Positions 10,294-20,646 of a stretch of DNA of 54,073 nucleotides are shown piece by piece. The notes below the pieces were generated by a model, which did no database searches, was not told the origin of the DNA, and worked only from the letters and a program-made list of their open reading frames with translations. A program made the position numbers and the translations under genes. This stretch comes from an uncultured virus (IMG/VR IMGVR_UViG_2061766007_000587) (Duplodnaviria > Heunggongvirae > Uroviricota > Caudoviricetes), in IMG/VR virus record IMGVR_UViG_2061766007_000587; one strand, given 5' to 3'. Each line of letters starts with the position of its first letter. Positions within the stretch are counted from its first letter, which is position 1.

Positions 10294-10467
10294 GAACTCC
10301 TATCACGTATTCTTTATACACATTTTACAAAAAAATTTCAAAAAAACAACAAAAAAGCTTGCAATATCAGTTCTTCTGCTATACACTGATTGTGCAGAAT
10401 AAAAACTTCTGCACTATTTATAGCCGTTTTTCCAGTACGGCAGCTATTGCAAACAAAGGTGCATTAT

Positions 10468-11814
10468 ATGGAAATAAAAAGAGTATCGAAATTAAGTAGT
10501 AAAACAAAAGTACAAGAATTGCAACCAGACCCAAAAAGGAAATACAGGGTTCACGATAGCGATCAAAGCGAATTGTGTATTCTGGTCTATCCTTCTGGTA
10601 AAAAGAGCTGGGAATTTTATAAAAAAGCAAAAGGCAAAAACAATGAAAAAATACTCGGAAAATTCCCTGACTTGCCATATGAAAAAGCCAAATTGGAAGT
10701 ACAAAGACGTCTGCTTGAGCTTGCTACTAAATCACTAAATCCAAGTGCTAACTTGTGTCCAAAAGTAGACCCAAACACCACTTTGGCCGAATGGTTTTAT
10801 AATGAATACATTCCGAAATTTTGTTGTGACAGAGATCCAAAAACAAATAGCAAAGACAAAGGGATGTTTGAAAATCTGTTAAATAGTTTACATTCTAAAC
10901 CTATTTTCTCTATTCAGAAAGCTGAGCTAAATCAACTACACAAACAGATAAAAGATAGTGGTTTAAGCCCACAAACTGCAAATCGAGCAATAGGTATGTT
11001 AAAAGCAATGTTCAACATACTAATAAAAGAAGAGTTGGCTCCAGATACATTTAGAAATCCTGCTGTGGGTATAAAATATTATCCAGAAGAAGCAAGACAC
11101 GTATTTATAACACCAGAACATATGCCGTTTTTTATAGAAGAATTGGAAAAATGGAAGAAAAAAAATCCAGGATTTACAAATTTCGTCAAATTGAGTTTGT
11201 TTTCTGGTCTAAGAGAAAACGAAATCTTACAATTGAAATGGTCAAATCTAAAAACGATAGACTTAACAACATTAACTGTGACCCCAAATGAAGTTGTACA
11301 TATTGAACAACCTAAAGGGCATAACAGAAGTGGGGCGAAAGATTTTGCCGTATCGACAGAATTCAAAAACGTGTTGAAGCAAATGGCTGTAACAAAACAC
11401 AAACCCGAAGACTATTTATTTCCTAGTCGGGATAACAAAACAAAACATGTAAAAAACTATACACACGTGTGGATTAGATTTTTAGAACACTTGAAGGCTA
11501 GATTGACACAAGAAGGAATTGAATTTCATGATCCTATAGACGAAGAACCAGACACATATGTACGATATGATATCAAAGGTAAAATTGTTATAAGAAAAAA
11601 ACGTAAAAATCATATGTATAGAATTCATGATCTTAGACGTAGTGTCGGGGCTTATATGGTCAAGGCAGGTAGGTCTTGTGAACAAATAGCTAAAGTGTTG
11701 GGAAATACGCCTGCTGTTGTACAAAAAACATATTCTCCTATGCTTAAAGAAGACCAACAGATCTATCTTCAAGCAGGAATGGCAGAACTTACTGAAGCCA
11801 TGAAAATAAAATAG
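10468..11814 (+). CDS. int: Tyrosine integrase with N-terminal arm-binding domain
   Basis: N-terminal VYPSGKKSW/LGKFPDL arm domain; SGLRENEI, HDLRR, LGN, TY catalytic positions. Confidence 0.9.
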   Translation: MEIKRVSKLSSKTKVQELQPDPKRKYRVHDSDQSELCILVYPSGKKSWEFYKKAKGKNNEKILGKFPDLPYEKAKLEVQRRLLELATKSLNPSANLCPKVDPNTTLAEWFYNEYIPKFCCDRDPKTNSKDKGMFENLLNSLHSKPIFSIQKAELNQLHKQIKDSGLSPQTANRAIGMLKAMFNILIKEELAPDTFRNPAVGIKYYPEEARHVFITPEHMPFFIEELEKWKKKNPGFTNFVKLSLFSGLRENEILQLKWSNLKTIDLTTLTVTPNEVVHIEQPKGHNRSGAKDFAVSTEFKNVLKQMAVTKHKPEDYLFPSRDNKTKHVKNYTHVWIRFLEHLKARLTQEGIEFHDPIDEEPDTYVRYDIKGKIVIRKKRKNHMYRIHDLRRSVGAYMVKAGRSCEQIAKVLGNTPAVVQKTYSPMLKEDQQIYLQAGMAELTEAMKIK

Positions 11815-11865
11815 TTCTAAAAATATATATAAACAATGAAAATAACTTATAAAAAAGGATAGATT

Positions 11866-12735
11866 ATGACTAGTTTAGTATCGCATAAAGAACCAAAGTT
11901 AGAAAACCTGGTAATAACACCAAATGATGAATCGTGTAAATTCAATTACTACACATTAGTGGGCTCTGGATTTGAAGAAGGATGGTATTGTGCTAATGAG
12001 ATTGGTGGTATAGTCAGCACTTACATTAATGAGAAACTGAGACAATATAATCAAGATGTAAAATGGATAAAAGGAGTTTCGAATACCTCAGAATATTCGT
12101 TTGCACCATTAATCTTCCAATGTAAAAACACTATATTTGCTGTAAACTATATTGAATATGTAAACAATGATCGTATAGAAGATGAAGAAGAATGTGATTT
12201 TATTCCTGTGGCAATAGAAAACAATTTTATTCCATGCTTTATTGAAGTTTTTTCAGAAATAACACCCAGCTCATCAAAAACATATGTCAAATCAACCGAA
12301 AGATTGAAATTACTTGATGCTAGGACAATGGAAGAAATAGACCCAATAGCTATAGCTTCAGACGAACCAACTTTAATGTCAGAACATGAACAATTTCATA
12401 TTGCGGTAAAAGTAATAAGTTATGCATTGAAGCAGAGGGGATTTAACGTTGAATATATGAGTATTATTACACGTTTTGATCGCTATCCAAATATACGATT
12501 TTATGATGAAAAAGGCAATTTGTGCCTAGTAGACGTAAGATATACTAATGATTTGAATGATCTAAAAAAAGCGGATTTTTACAAGTATTCACATACAGTG
12601 CGGCCCAGTAGGGTTTATGAACAATATCTTGCTCCAGTATTTATAGGCAGTCCAAACGAACAAATTTATAGAAATCAGCCTTTGAATATAAGCTTTTTGA
12701 AAGATATTATTATAAAATTGCCGCTAACAGAATAA
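11866..12735 (+). CDS. Hypothetical protein, paralogue of 26293-27105
   Basis: 289-aa ORF with RBS; shares NNFIPC, IDPIAIASDEPTLMSEHE and FYDEKG motifs with 26293-27105. Confidence 0.75.
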   Translation: MTSLVSHKEPKLENLVITPNDESCKFNYYTLVGSGFEEGWYCANEIGGIVSTYINEKLRQYNQDVKWIKGVSNTSEYSFAPLIFQCKNTIFAVNYIEYVNNDRIEDEEECDFIPVAIENNFIPCFIEVFSEITPSSSKTYVKSTERLKLLDARTMEEIDPIAIASDEPTLMSEHEQFHIAVKVISYALKQRGFNVEYMSIITRFDRYPNIRFYDEKGNLCLVDVRYTNDLNDLKKADFYKYSHTVRPSRVYEQYLAPVFIGSPNEQIYRNQPLNISFLKDIIIKLPLTE

Positions 12736-12740
12736 AAAAG

Positions 12741-12764
12741 AAGGTGCCACAAAGGCACCTTTTT
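12741..12764. terminator. Bidirectional terminator between convergent genes
   Basis: aaggtgcc-acaaa-ggcacctttt. Confidence 0.7.
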
Positions 12765-12812
12765 GATGAATGGCTTTTTCAATAAAAAACATCTTCTTAT
12801 GATACCTTTTTA

Positions 12813-15800
12813 TCATTGGGCTCCCAATATTTTTTCTTGGATGATTTTTTCTATTTCTCCACTATCAATTCCACCATTGGCATCGTCTTTACTCGTTATT
12901 GGTTCGATCCCGTTTTTGCGGTATAATTCTAACTTCAACATCCATTTGTTTCTGTAACTTTCTTGAGATAACATGCCAAGATGTTCCCAATAGTAAGTTT
13001 TTCCATTATATTCTATGGTAAAATCTGGTTTTATTGGTTTATCACGTCCTTCTAATTTTAAAGGATTTTCATAACGATACTTTATTCCATGACGAGACAG
13101 AGTATTTGCAACAATAACTTCAGATTTTGAGATGACCTTCACACCAGTATCTGTCACGTGAATATATTTTGATTTATCTAAATCACCAATACCATCAAAA
13201 TTTATGTTTTTAGCGGGTTCAAACAAGTCACTATACCGTGTTAGTAGCGATGATTTTGAATCCATTTTCAAATCTTTGAGGGACGAGATATCGCCATTAT
13301 ACAAGATAACAAGTCGCTTCTTTTGTCTGGTCAAAGCCGTATATAACATTTCACGGCTGGCTAAAGGCATATGTTCTCCCATAATCAGTATAACCGTATC
13401 AAAATCGCTTCCTTGCGATTTATGGACTGTTATTGCATAAGCTAATTCCAATATTGGTGTGCTTTCATCCCCAAAATTATCTGCTGTATAAGGGAAACAT
13501 TTCATTGGTTGAGATGAAAATTCTACGCCATAAACCCTTTTCCCATAGGCTTTGTCTTGTCCAAGAATGCCGATTTCACCATTTGCTACTGGAACAGGAT
13601 TGTGATATTGCATATCTGAAGGTTTGTTTGCTGGTTTTATTTTGGTGTTGATAAGATTTATGACCTTGTCTCCCTTAATAATCTCACCAGGTAAAGGTAA
13701 TGGGTACCAATAATTTTGTTTCTTCTGTTCTATTTCGGCTTTCAACATTTCAGTTCTGTACTTGTCATGTATAAAAGCATTTATACCAACGGTCCCAACA
13801 TCAAATCTATTTCTTAGTGGCGTTATAATTTGCCATTTGTCAGCAAAATTCCCAATCCCCGTTCTTGGTGGGTATTCATTTCCGCTTTTGAAGTATTGTT
13901 GGCCTTCCCATTCTGTAGCACCCAAACTTCGATTAAACCCCCACACATCGTCCACGGAATCCATATTTAACTCGTCTTTCAAAATTTCTGCTAGTTTTAC
14001 TCTCAAATCATCTGGATTATCCCACTCTACAAAAGATAACCTGTCGTTTGTTGGGGTTTTATCTAACAATTTGAACACTTCATCTTTTGCTTGGGCTCTA
14101 ACGGCTTCATTCAATGAGAAGTGTTTACTCAATTCTACATCTAATGGATTAGGGTTAGCATTGTTTAGAAAACGCACTTGAGTCTTCAATTCTGCAAATC
14201 CATGATTCATGTTTTGTAATTTGTGCACCAGTTCATAAAAAGGTCTTCCTGCTCCTATTGGGGGTAGTTGAGATATATCACCGACAAATATAATTCTCTT
14301 GGCCTTTTGTAGAGCTACCAATAATGCCCCGAACATCTCTTCAGTTAGCATTGAGGATTCATCAATAATTACATCTACGTCTTTGTTATCTAAATCTGGT
14401 TGTTTGGGTAATATATAGCGACCAGTATTGTAATCATAACATTTTTTACCATTTTCTACGGAATCAAGTTTTACCAAATATCCAGCGATAGTGTTTGTGT
14501 CACAATTAAGGTTTTGAGCAATATTTTGTTGCATACGTACTCGTGCTTTGCCGGTTGGTGCTAACAACAATACCCTGTTGGTGAATGATTTACACAAATT
14601 CGTAAGCAACGTGGTTTTTCCTGTCCCAGCAGAACCACATAATACAGATATTGCTGATTTTGCGATGGATTCTGCTGCCAATGACTGTTCTTGAATAACT
14701 TTAGAATTGCTTTGTACACCATCTGGTAATTTGATGTTGAATTTGCTTTGATCGAATGTCAATGCTTCTAACATTATCCGTTCATCGACTAGTTCTCGGA
14801 TTTTTTTGTCTAAATTATCAAAGTACACCAATTTATAAAAACGCCCATTTTCATTGTCTGTTATACGTATCAGGCCACTAAAATATTCTTGATCATATAA
14901 TTTCAAAGTAGATGAGTCTGTAACACACGGTTCTTGCACATTGATTTCTGATATACGCTTTAGTAATTCATCAACTGGTAAATAAGTGTGACCTTCTGAA
15001 GCGGCATTTGATAAAACATAGGTGGCAAAGCCGGTGACACGATAAGGATCATCTGCAGATTCTATATATTCTTGTGATTCTCCGAAAAATTTGGTTCTGT
15101 ATTGCTTTGGCACAAAAAATGCTAAATCTACGCAATATAAAGATACCTTTTTACTTTCTTCTTCATAAATGGTAGAAGTGTATATCGTATAAGGATTCTT
15201 TGTTATATTTACAGTATTGTTTACTATTTTTTCCCACAGACATTCTGCTTGTATAAAAGACATTGAAGTTCTTGCAATGCGTTTGAAAGATTCGAGTGTC
15301 TTCAAATCTGCCATAATGGACCGATTCCAGATAAGCTGGTGATTAGTTGTAAATTCTATACCCAATGGCGTTTTTTTGTTAGCGATCCACTCTGTTAGCA
15401 CCTTAAATGGATCTTTATCAGGATTGTTTTGTATGTATTGATCTAATTCTTTGCTAACAGAACAACCAGGAATGCCATTTAGGACAACAGCTAACATAAT
15501 GCCAAGGTCTGGGTATACAGGACGATCTTGCCATAAAAAATCTATTTCTTTATCGATCCATGCCAAACAATCAACAATGTTGCCTCCGACATACCCAAGT
15601 TCCATAATTTTTGATAAGGATTTTTTTGTTTGTAATAGAACAGAAATGGCTGCATCGTGTGAAACATGTTCTGAAGCATAAGAAAAATCTTCTCGGAAGT
15701 CGCCGGGAACGGAAATAACTACGCTTTGCAAATCACTGATGTATTTTTCCTTGTCTTTATTACTTGGGGCATGTTCTATTTTGTCTATAATTTGGGCGTA

Positions 15801-16601
15801 CGGAAGTAAAAAGCCGCCAAATATCCCGTTGTTATCTGCTAGAAATTTTTCACCGTCTTTTCTTATTTTATGTTGAACCATGCATTCCCAAGCAAAAGAT
15901 TCTAATGGGGATGTTGCATCAGGTTTTTTTGCGTGTTTCTGTGGTAATAGCACAGGTTTATCAACAACTGCTATGCCTAATAATATTCTATCGCTATCTT
16001 CAACGTACGGAACAGATTTTGTGTATATAAAGCACAAAGATTGATTTGGAACAACGTCTTCAAAGAATTTAGTAAAAATCTGTTCTTGTGTTTTAGAATG
16101 TTGAATCCAGTCTTTTCCGACAGGTTTTCCGGTGCCATTAGCATTACGCATTAACAATGGTGCTATTTGATCATCTATGTCTGGAATATTGTTCAAATCT
16201 CTCAACAAACTGCTATAGGTGCGTTTCCCGGTATCACCCCTCATGAGCCATCTGAATGGACGAGCAACTAGAGTATACGGTGGTATGTGTTGAATGCTGG
16301 AGGTGAAGTCACGATGAGAATCGTAATATTGAGCATACCTATGATAACATTCAAGTGTTATTTCTGTGTCAGCCATAAAAGCCTTTCCTTCTGTTATACA
16401 GGGCAAATACAAACGCTTATCGCTGTTGTCCAGATTGTTGAAAGGTTTTCCTTCCATATCTTGCTTTTGACACAACAATGAAGAATTTTCTGCTATGGCC
16501 TTTAATCTATGGCATGCATAATTTTTTAATGGGCAATCACATATACGCCCAATAAAACCATTATCCGTCCATGGAACACGAATAGAAATATGTTGTACCA
16601 T
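12813..16601 (-). CDS. RecD2-like SF1B helicase with long N-terminal region and C-terminal PD-(D/E)XK-type nuclease
   Basis: GSAGTGKT, LLAPTGKA, IIDESSM, VGDISQLPPIGAG, AYAITVHKSQGSDF, YTALTR; C-terminal SKSEVIVAN...PDFTI...YWEHLG. Confidence 0.88.
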   Translation of the reverse strand: MVQHISIRVPWTDNGFIGRICDCPLKNYACHRLKAIAENSSLLCQKQDMEGKPFNNLDNSDKRLYLPCITEGKAFMADTEITLECYHRYAQYYDSHRDFTSSIQHIPPYTLVARPFRWLMRGDTGKRTYSSLLRDLNNIPDIDDQIAPLLMRNANGTGKPVGKDWIQHSKTQEQIFTKFFEDVVPNQSLCFIYTKSVPYVEDSDRILLGIAVVDKPVLLPQKHAKKPDATSPLESFAWECMVQHKIRKDGEKFLADNNGIFGGFLLPYAQIIDKIEHAPSNKDKEKYISDLQSVVISVPGDFREDFSYASEHVSHDAAISVLLQTKKSLSKIMELGYVGGNIVDCLAWIDKEIDFLWQDRPVYPDLGIMLAVVLNGIPGCSVSKELDQYIQNNPDKDPFKVLTEWIANKKTPLGIEFTTNHQLIWNRSIMADLKTLESFKRIARTSMSFIQAECLWEKIVNNTVNITKNPYTIYTSTIYEEESKKVSLYCVDLAFFVPKQYRTKFFGESQEYIESADDPYRVTGFATYVLSNAASEGHTYLPVDELLKRISEINVQEPCVTDSSTLKLYDQEYFSGLIRITDNENGRFYKLVYFDNLDKKIRELVDERIMLEALTFDQSKFNIKLPDGVQSNSKVIQEQSLAAESIAKSAISVLCGSAGTGKTTLLTNLCKSFTNRVLLLAPTGKARVRMQQNIAQNLNCDTNTIAGYLVKLDSVENGKKCYDYNTGRYILPKQPDLDNKDVDVIIDESSMLTEEMFGALLVALQKAKRIIFVGDISQLPPIGAGRPFYELVHKLQNMNHGFAELKTQVRFLNNANPNPLDVELSKHFSLNEAVRAQAKDEVFKLLDKTPTNDRLSFVEWDNPDDLRVKLAEILKDELNMDSVDDVWGFNRSLGATEWEGQQYFKSGNEYPPRTGIGNFADKWQIITPLRNRFDVGTVGINAFIHDKYRTEMLKAEIEQKKQNYWYPLPLPGEIIKGDKVINLINTKIKPANKPSDMQYHNPVPVANGEIGILGQDKAYGKRVYGVEFSSQPMKCFPYTADNFGDESTPILELAYAITVHKSQGSDFDTVILIMGEHMPLASREMLYTALTRQKKRLVILYNGDISSLKDLKMDSKSSLLTRYSDLFEPAKNINFDGIGDLDKSKYIHVTDTGVKVISKSEVIVANTLSRHGIKYRYENPLKLEGRDKPIKPDFTIEYNGKTYYWEHLGMLSQESYRNKWMLKLELYRKNGIEPITSKDDANGGIDSGEIEKIIQEKILGAQ

Positions 16602-16790
16602 AAATATACCTCTTCATTGTTTATACATCCTAGGTATTATACCCTATGATCACAGAAAAAACAACCAGTTATGTAGATCAAATAAGTCCAAATTTGTCCT
16701 AGATTGAAACTGGACGGTACTTTTTTCGTTTTGCTCTTGTTTTTTTTGGGATTTTTGTCTATGGTATTCGCTGATAGACAAGAGATAGAT

Positions 16791-19700
16791 ATGGAGATAA
16801 AAACTTTTGATAATATTGCTTCTATCTTGCGAAATGATTTAGAGGCAGAAATCAGGAAAAAGTCCAAGTTAGCTATAGCGGCTTCTTGCTTTTCCATCTA
16901 TGCATACCAAGATTTGAAAAAACAGCTGGATTCAATAGATGAGTTGAGATTTATATTCACTTCCCCTACATTTTTGGGTGATAAAGACAAGAAAGAACAA
17001 CGTGAATTTTACATTCCAAGATTAGAAAGGGAACAAAACCTTTACGGAACTGAATTTGAACTCAAGCTGCGAAATAAACTGAACCAAAAAGCTATCTCTA
17101 AAGAATGTGCAGAATGGATTAGGAAAAAAGTCAAATTCAAGTCCAATATTACCCACAGATTTATGAACGGTTTTATCAATATAGACGACAAATTTACCTA
17201 TACCCCAATCAATGGTTTTACAACTGCTGATCTTGGTGCCGAAAAGGGAAATGCTCTGCTTAGCTATGTGAACAGACTTGATACCGATAATTCTAAAAAA
17301 TATCTGAATGCTTTTGATGAACTTTGGCATGATCAGGAACAATTGGTAGACGTTACGGATAGAGTATTGGAACATATTGAAACGGTCTATGCAGAAAACG
17401 CCCCAGAATTTGTTTATATGGTAATCCTGTACAACATCTTCAAAGAATTCCTCAACGATGTTTCAGAAGATGTATTACCAAACGAAGCAACGGGATTCAA
17501 AAACAGCCAAATCTGGAATAAATTATACTCGTTCCAAAAAGATGCTGCGTTGGCCATTATACACAAGCTAGAAAAGTTCAATGGTTGTATTTTGGCGGAC
17601 TCGGTTGGACTTGGTAAGACTTTCACAGCACTGTCCGTTATCAAATATTATGAAAATAGGAATAAATCCGTATTGGTGTTATGTCCAAAGAAACTGCAGG
17701 ATAACTGGCAAACCTTCAAACACAACTATGCAAATAACCCTGTGGCCAAAGATAGATTCAATTATGATGTTTTATTCCATACCGACTTGTCCAGGGAAAC
17801 AGGTCATTCTGGTGAAATAGACTTATCCAGAATCAATTGGGGAAACTATGATTTGTTGGTTATCGATGAATCTCATAACTTCAGAAACGGTGATTTGGTA
17901 ACTACGGATGATGATGATCTGGAACACTATAACAGATATCACCAACTGATGGACAAGGTTATCAAGTCCGGTGTAAAGACAAAGGTTTTGATGTTATCTG
18001 CAACGCCAGTGAACAACAGATTTACCGATTTGAAGAATCAGTTGCAGTTGGCGTACGAAGGGTGTGAAGACGACCTTAATGAGAAATTGAACACCAAGAA
18101 ACCATTGTCTGTGATATTCAATAATGCACAACGAACCTTCAATAACTGGAGTAAATTACCAGCCGAAGAACGTAAGACCGACAATTTGTTGAATATGTTG
18201 GAACCGGATTTCTTTGAAGTGTTGGATTCTGTCACGATTGCACGCAGCAGAAAGCACATTGAAAAGAATTATAATATGGAAGAGCTTGGACAGTTCCCGT
18301 CTCGATTGCCACCAATAAACAAGCGGCCTGCGTTGACTGTTGTGCCTGGGATCGAAGTCAATTACTCGGACATCTTTGCGAATATCGATATGCTGAATCT
18401 GTGTGTCTATAATCCGTCTGCGTATATATTCCCATCAAAGTTACCAAGATATGAACATTTATACGGTAAAACAGATGGTCGTGGTATTACATTGAAGGGT
18501 CGTGAAGATGGTGTAAAAAAGCTTATGGCTGTGAACCTGTTGAAACGATTGGAAAGTTCGTGGTATTCGTTCAAACTGACCGCAAGCAAGATTTTAGCCA
18601 ATATTGAAAAGCAGATAGAAAAGATTGAAAAGTACCACAAGAACAATCAGAATGTGGAAGTAGAAGGTCTTTACGATATTGATGAAGACGCTGACGATGT
18701 GTTATCCGCTGGGGGACGTTATAGTATTGATTTGAAGGATATTGATACAAAGAAATGGTTGGCGGATCTACAGTCTGATCAGGAAGTCTTTCATAACTTG
18801 ATTGATATGATAAGCCAGATAACCCCAGAATCAGATCACAAATTGGAAGTGTTAGAAGCGTTAATAGCGAATAAAATCAAAAATCCAATCAACCCAGGGA
18901 ACAAGAAGGTTTTGATATTCACTGCTTGGGCCGATACTGCTGATTACCTTTATGAACAGTTGTCCAAATTCGCAATGAAGGACTTTGGGCTGAATACTGG
19001 GATGATATCCGGAACGACTGATGGGAAAACAACCCTAAAAGTAAAAAGAGCCGACTTCAATACTGTTTTGACTTTGTTCTCGCCGGTATCCAAAGACAGA
19101 GATAAATTGAACATAGACGTTGATGGCGAATTGGATATTTTGATTGGTACTGATTGTATATCCGAAGGTCAAAACTTACAGGATTGCGATTATGTGGTGA
19201 ATTATGATGTGCATTGGAATCCGGTCCGGTTGGTTCAAAGATTTGGTCGTATTGATCGTATTGGCAGCAATAACAAACTGATCCAAATGGTGAACTTCTG
19301 GCCTGATATGGAACTGGATGAATATATCAATTTGGAAAACAGGGTTGTGACCAGAATGGTTGGTGTTGCAATTACGAGTACCGGTAACAACATCATTGGC
19401 AGTGACAGTGATTTGGAATACAGAAAGGCCCAGTTAGATAAGCTGCAGCATGAAACACCGGATTTGGAAGACATGGATACGGGTGTCAATATCATGGATC
19501 TGGGACTGAACGAATTTAGAATGGATTTGGTCGGCTATATCAAACAGAATCCAAATATTGAAAAGGCCCCCCATGGATTGCATGCAGTAGTTCCGGCAAC
19601 ACCCGAATTACCAAGTGGCAGCATATTCGTCCTAAGGAGTGTTAATAACGCACACAAGATCGATGTACAAAACAGAATACATCCTTTCTATATGGTGTAT

Positions 19701-20012
19701 TTGTCTGATGATGGAAATGTTGTCTGCAACCATTTGGAAGCGAAAAAGATGCTTGATATATTACGCAAATTGTGCAGAGATCATAACACGCCAAACAAAG
19801 CATTGTGCAAAGTATTCAACGAGGCCACCAAAGACGGCTTTGAAATGGGATATTATTCCGATATGTTGAGCAGTGCGATCCAAACAATAATCAAAGTCAA
19901 AGATGAATCTGAAATCGACAGTTTGTTTACATCCGGTGGGACAAGTTTCCTAACCAATATAATAAATGGCCTGGATGATTTTGAACTGATAGCATTCGTG
20001 GTGGTGAAGTGA
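16791..20012 (+). CDS. SNF2-family helicase with N-terminal degenerate PLD-like domain
   Basis: LADSVGLGKT, LVIDESHNFR, MLSATP, SEGQNLQ, QRFGRIDRIG; N-terminal region lacks an intact HxK motif; ATG 16791 preferred over TTG 16704. Confidence 0.88.
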   Translation: MEIKTFDNIASILRNDLEAEIRKKSKLAIAASCFSIYAYQDLKKQLDSIDELRFIFTSPTFLGDKDKKEQREFYIPRLEREQNLYGTEFELKLRNKLNQKAISKECAEWIRKKVKFKSNITHRFMNGFINIDDKFTYTPINGFTTADLGAEKGNALLSYVNRLDTDNSKKYLNAFDELWHDQEQLVDVTDRVLEHIETVYAENAPEFVYMVILYNIFKEFLNDVSEDVLPNEATGFKNSQIWNKLYSFQKDAALAIIHKLEKFNGCILADSVGLGKTFTALSVIKYYENRNKSVLVLCPKKLQDNWQTFKHNYANNPVAKDRFNYDVLFHTDLSRETGHSGEIDLSRINWGNYDLLVIDESHNFRNGDLVTTDDDDLEHYNRYHQLMDKVIKSGVKTKVLMLSATPVNNRFTDLKNQLQLAYEGCEDDLNEKLNTKKPLSVIFNNAQRTFNNWSKLPAEERKTDNLLNMLEPDFFEVLDSVTIARSRKHIEKNYNMEELGQFPSRLPPINKRPALTVVPGIEVNYSDIFANIDMLNLCVYNPSAYIFPSKLPRYEHLYGKTDGRGITLKGREDGVKKLMAVNLLKRLESSWYSFKLTASKILANIEKQIEKIEKYHKNNQNVEVEGLYDIDEDADDVLSAGGRYSIDLKDIDTKKWLADLQSDQEVFHNLIDMISQITPESDHKLEVLEALIANKIKNPINPGNKKVLIFTAWADTADYLYEQLSKFAMKDFGLNTGMISGTTDGKTTLKVKRADFNTVLTLFSPVSKDRDKLNIDVDGELDILIGTDCISEGQNLQDCDYVVNYDVHWNPVRLVQRFGRIDRIGSNNKLIQMVNFWPDMELDEYINLENRVVTRMVGVAITSTGNNIIGSDSDLEYRKAQLDKLQHETPDLEDMDTGVNIMDLGLNEFRMDLVGYIKQNPNIEKAPHGLHAVVPATPELPSGSIFVLRSVNNAHKIDVQNRIHPFYMVYLSDDGNVVCNHLEAKKMLDILRKLCRDHNTPNKALCKVFNEATKDGFEMGYYSDMLSSAIQTIIKVKDESEIDSLFTSGGTSFLTNIINGLDDFELIAFVVVK

Positions 20013-20013
20013 T

Positions 20014-20646
20014 ATGATAACATTTCCAAAAGGCACTTTCGTTGGAAGATTCTTGGCCAAAGAGCAACTTTACAAACGTGACGTTGTTGATGGTACGCTG
20101 AAACAGGCCTTGGTCGATGATGTTGCCAAAATCACCATAGAATACAATTTGTCGTCACGTACACTGAATGTTGAGCCGGGAAACACATTCCCAGAAATAA
20201 CAGTATTGAAATTGGTGTTGAAGCATAAAAAGTTCAATGACAAACTGCTGAACGCCATCGACAAATCCATTTTATCCAGTTATGTATTGTTTATATTGGA
20301 ATTCGAAGGCGAACAGTTATTGAGTATTGCATTCAAAGACAAAACCACAGCGATCACAATATCAAAACGTTGGAACACAGAATGGTCAGAAAATCATGTG
20401 TTAGACATTAACGGATCAACCATAGATCAGATTTACAGAAATTTCATAGAACAAATATCGGGCGGCCTGGTTGGTGGTAACAATGCAGAACAGATCAAAG
20501 ACAGTGTCAGCCAAGATATTGAACGTGATAAAATTTTGAGACAGATTGCAAAATTGGAAGTAAAGTTGCATTCTGAAAATCAACTAAATAAACAAATTGA
20601 AATCAAACACCAGATCAAGGCACTAAAGGAGAAAATCAATGGATAA
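20014..20646 (+). CDS. DUF4391-like protein
   Basis: FPKGTFVGRFLAKEQLY...IDKSI...ENQLNKQIEI coiled tail; typical position between helicase and mod. Confidence 0.75.
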   Translation: MITFPKGTFVGRFLAKEQLYKRDVVDGTLKQALVDDVAKITIEYNLSSRTLNVEPGNTFPEITVLKLVLKHKKFNDKLLNAIDKSILSSYVLFILEFEGEQLLSIAFKDKTTAITISKRWNTEWSENHVLDINGSTIDQIYRNFIEQISGGLVGGNNAEQIKDSVSQDIERDKILRQIAKLEVKLHSENQLNKQIEIKHQIKALKEKING

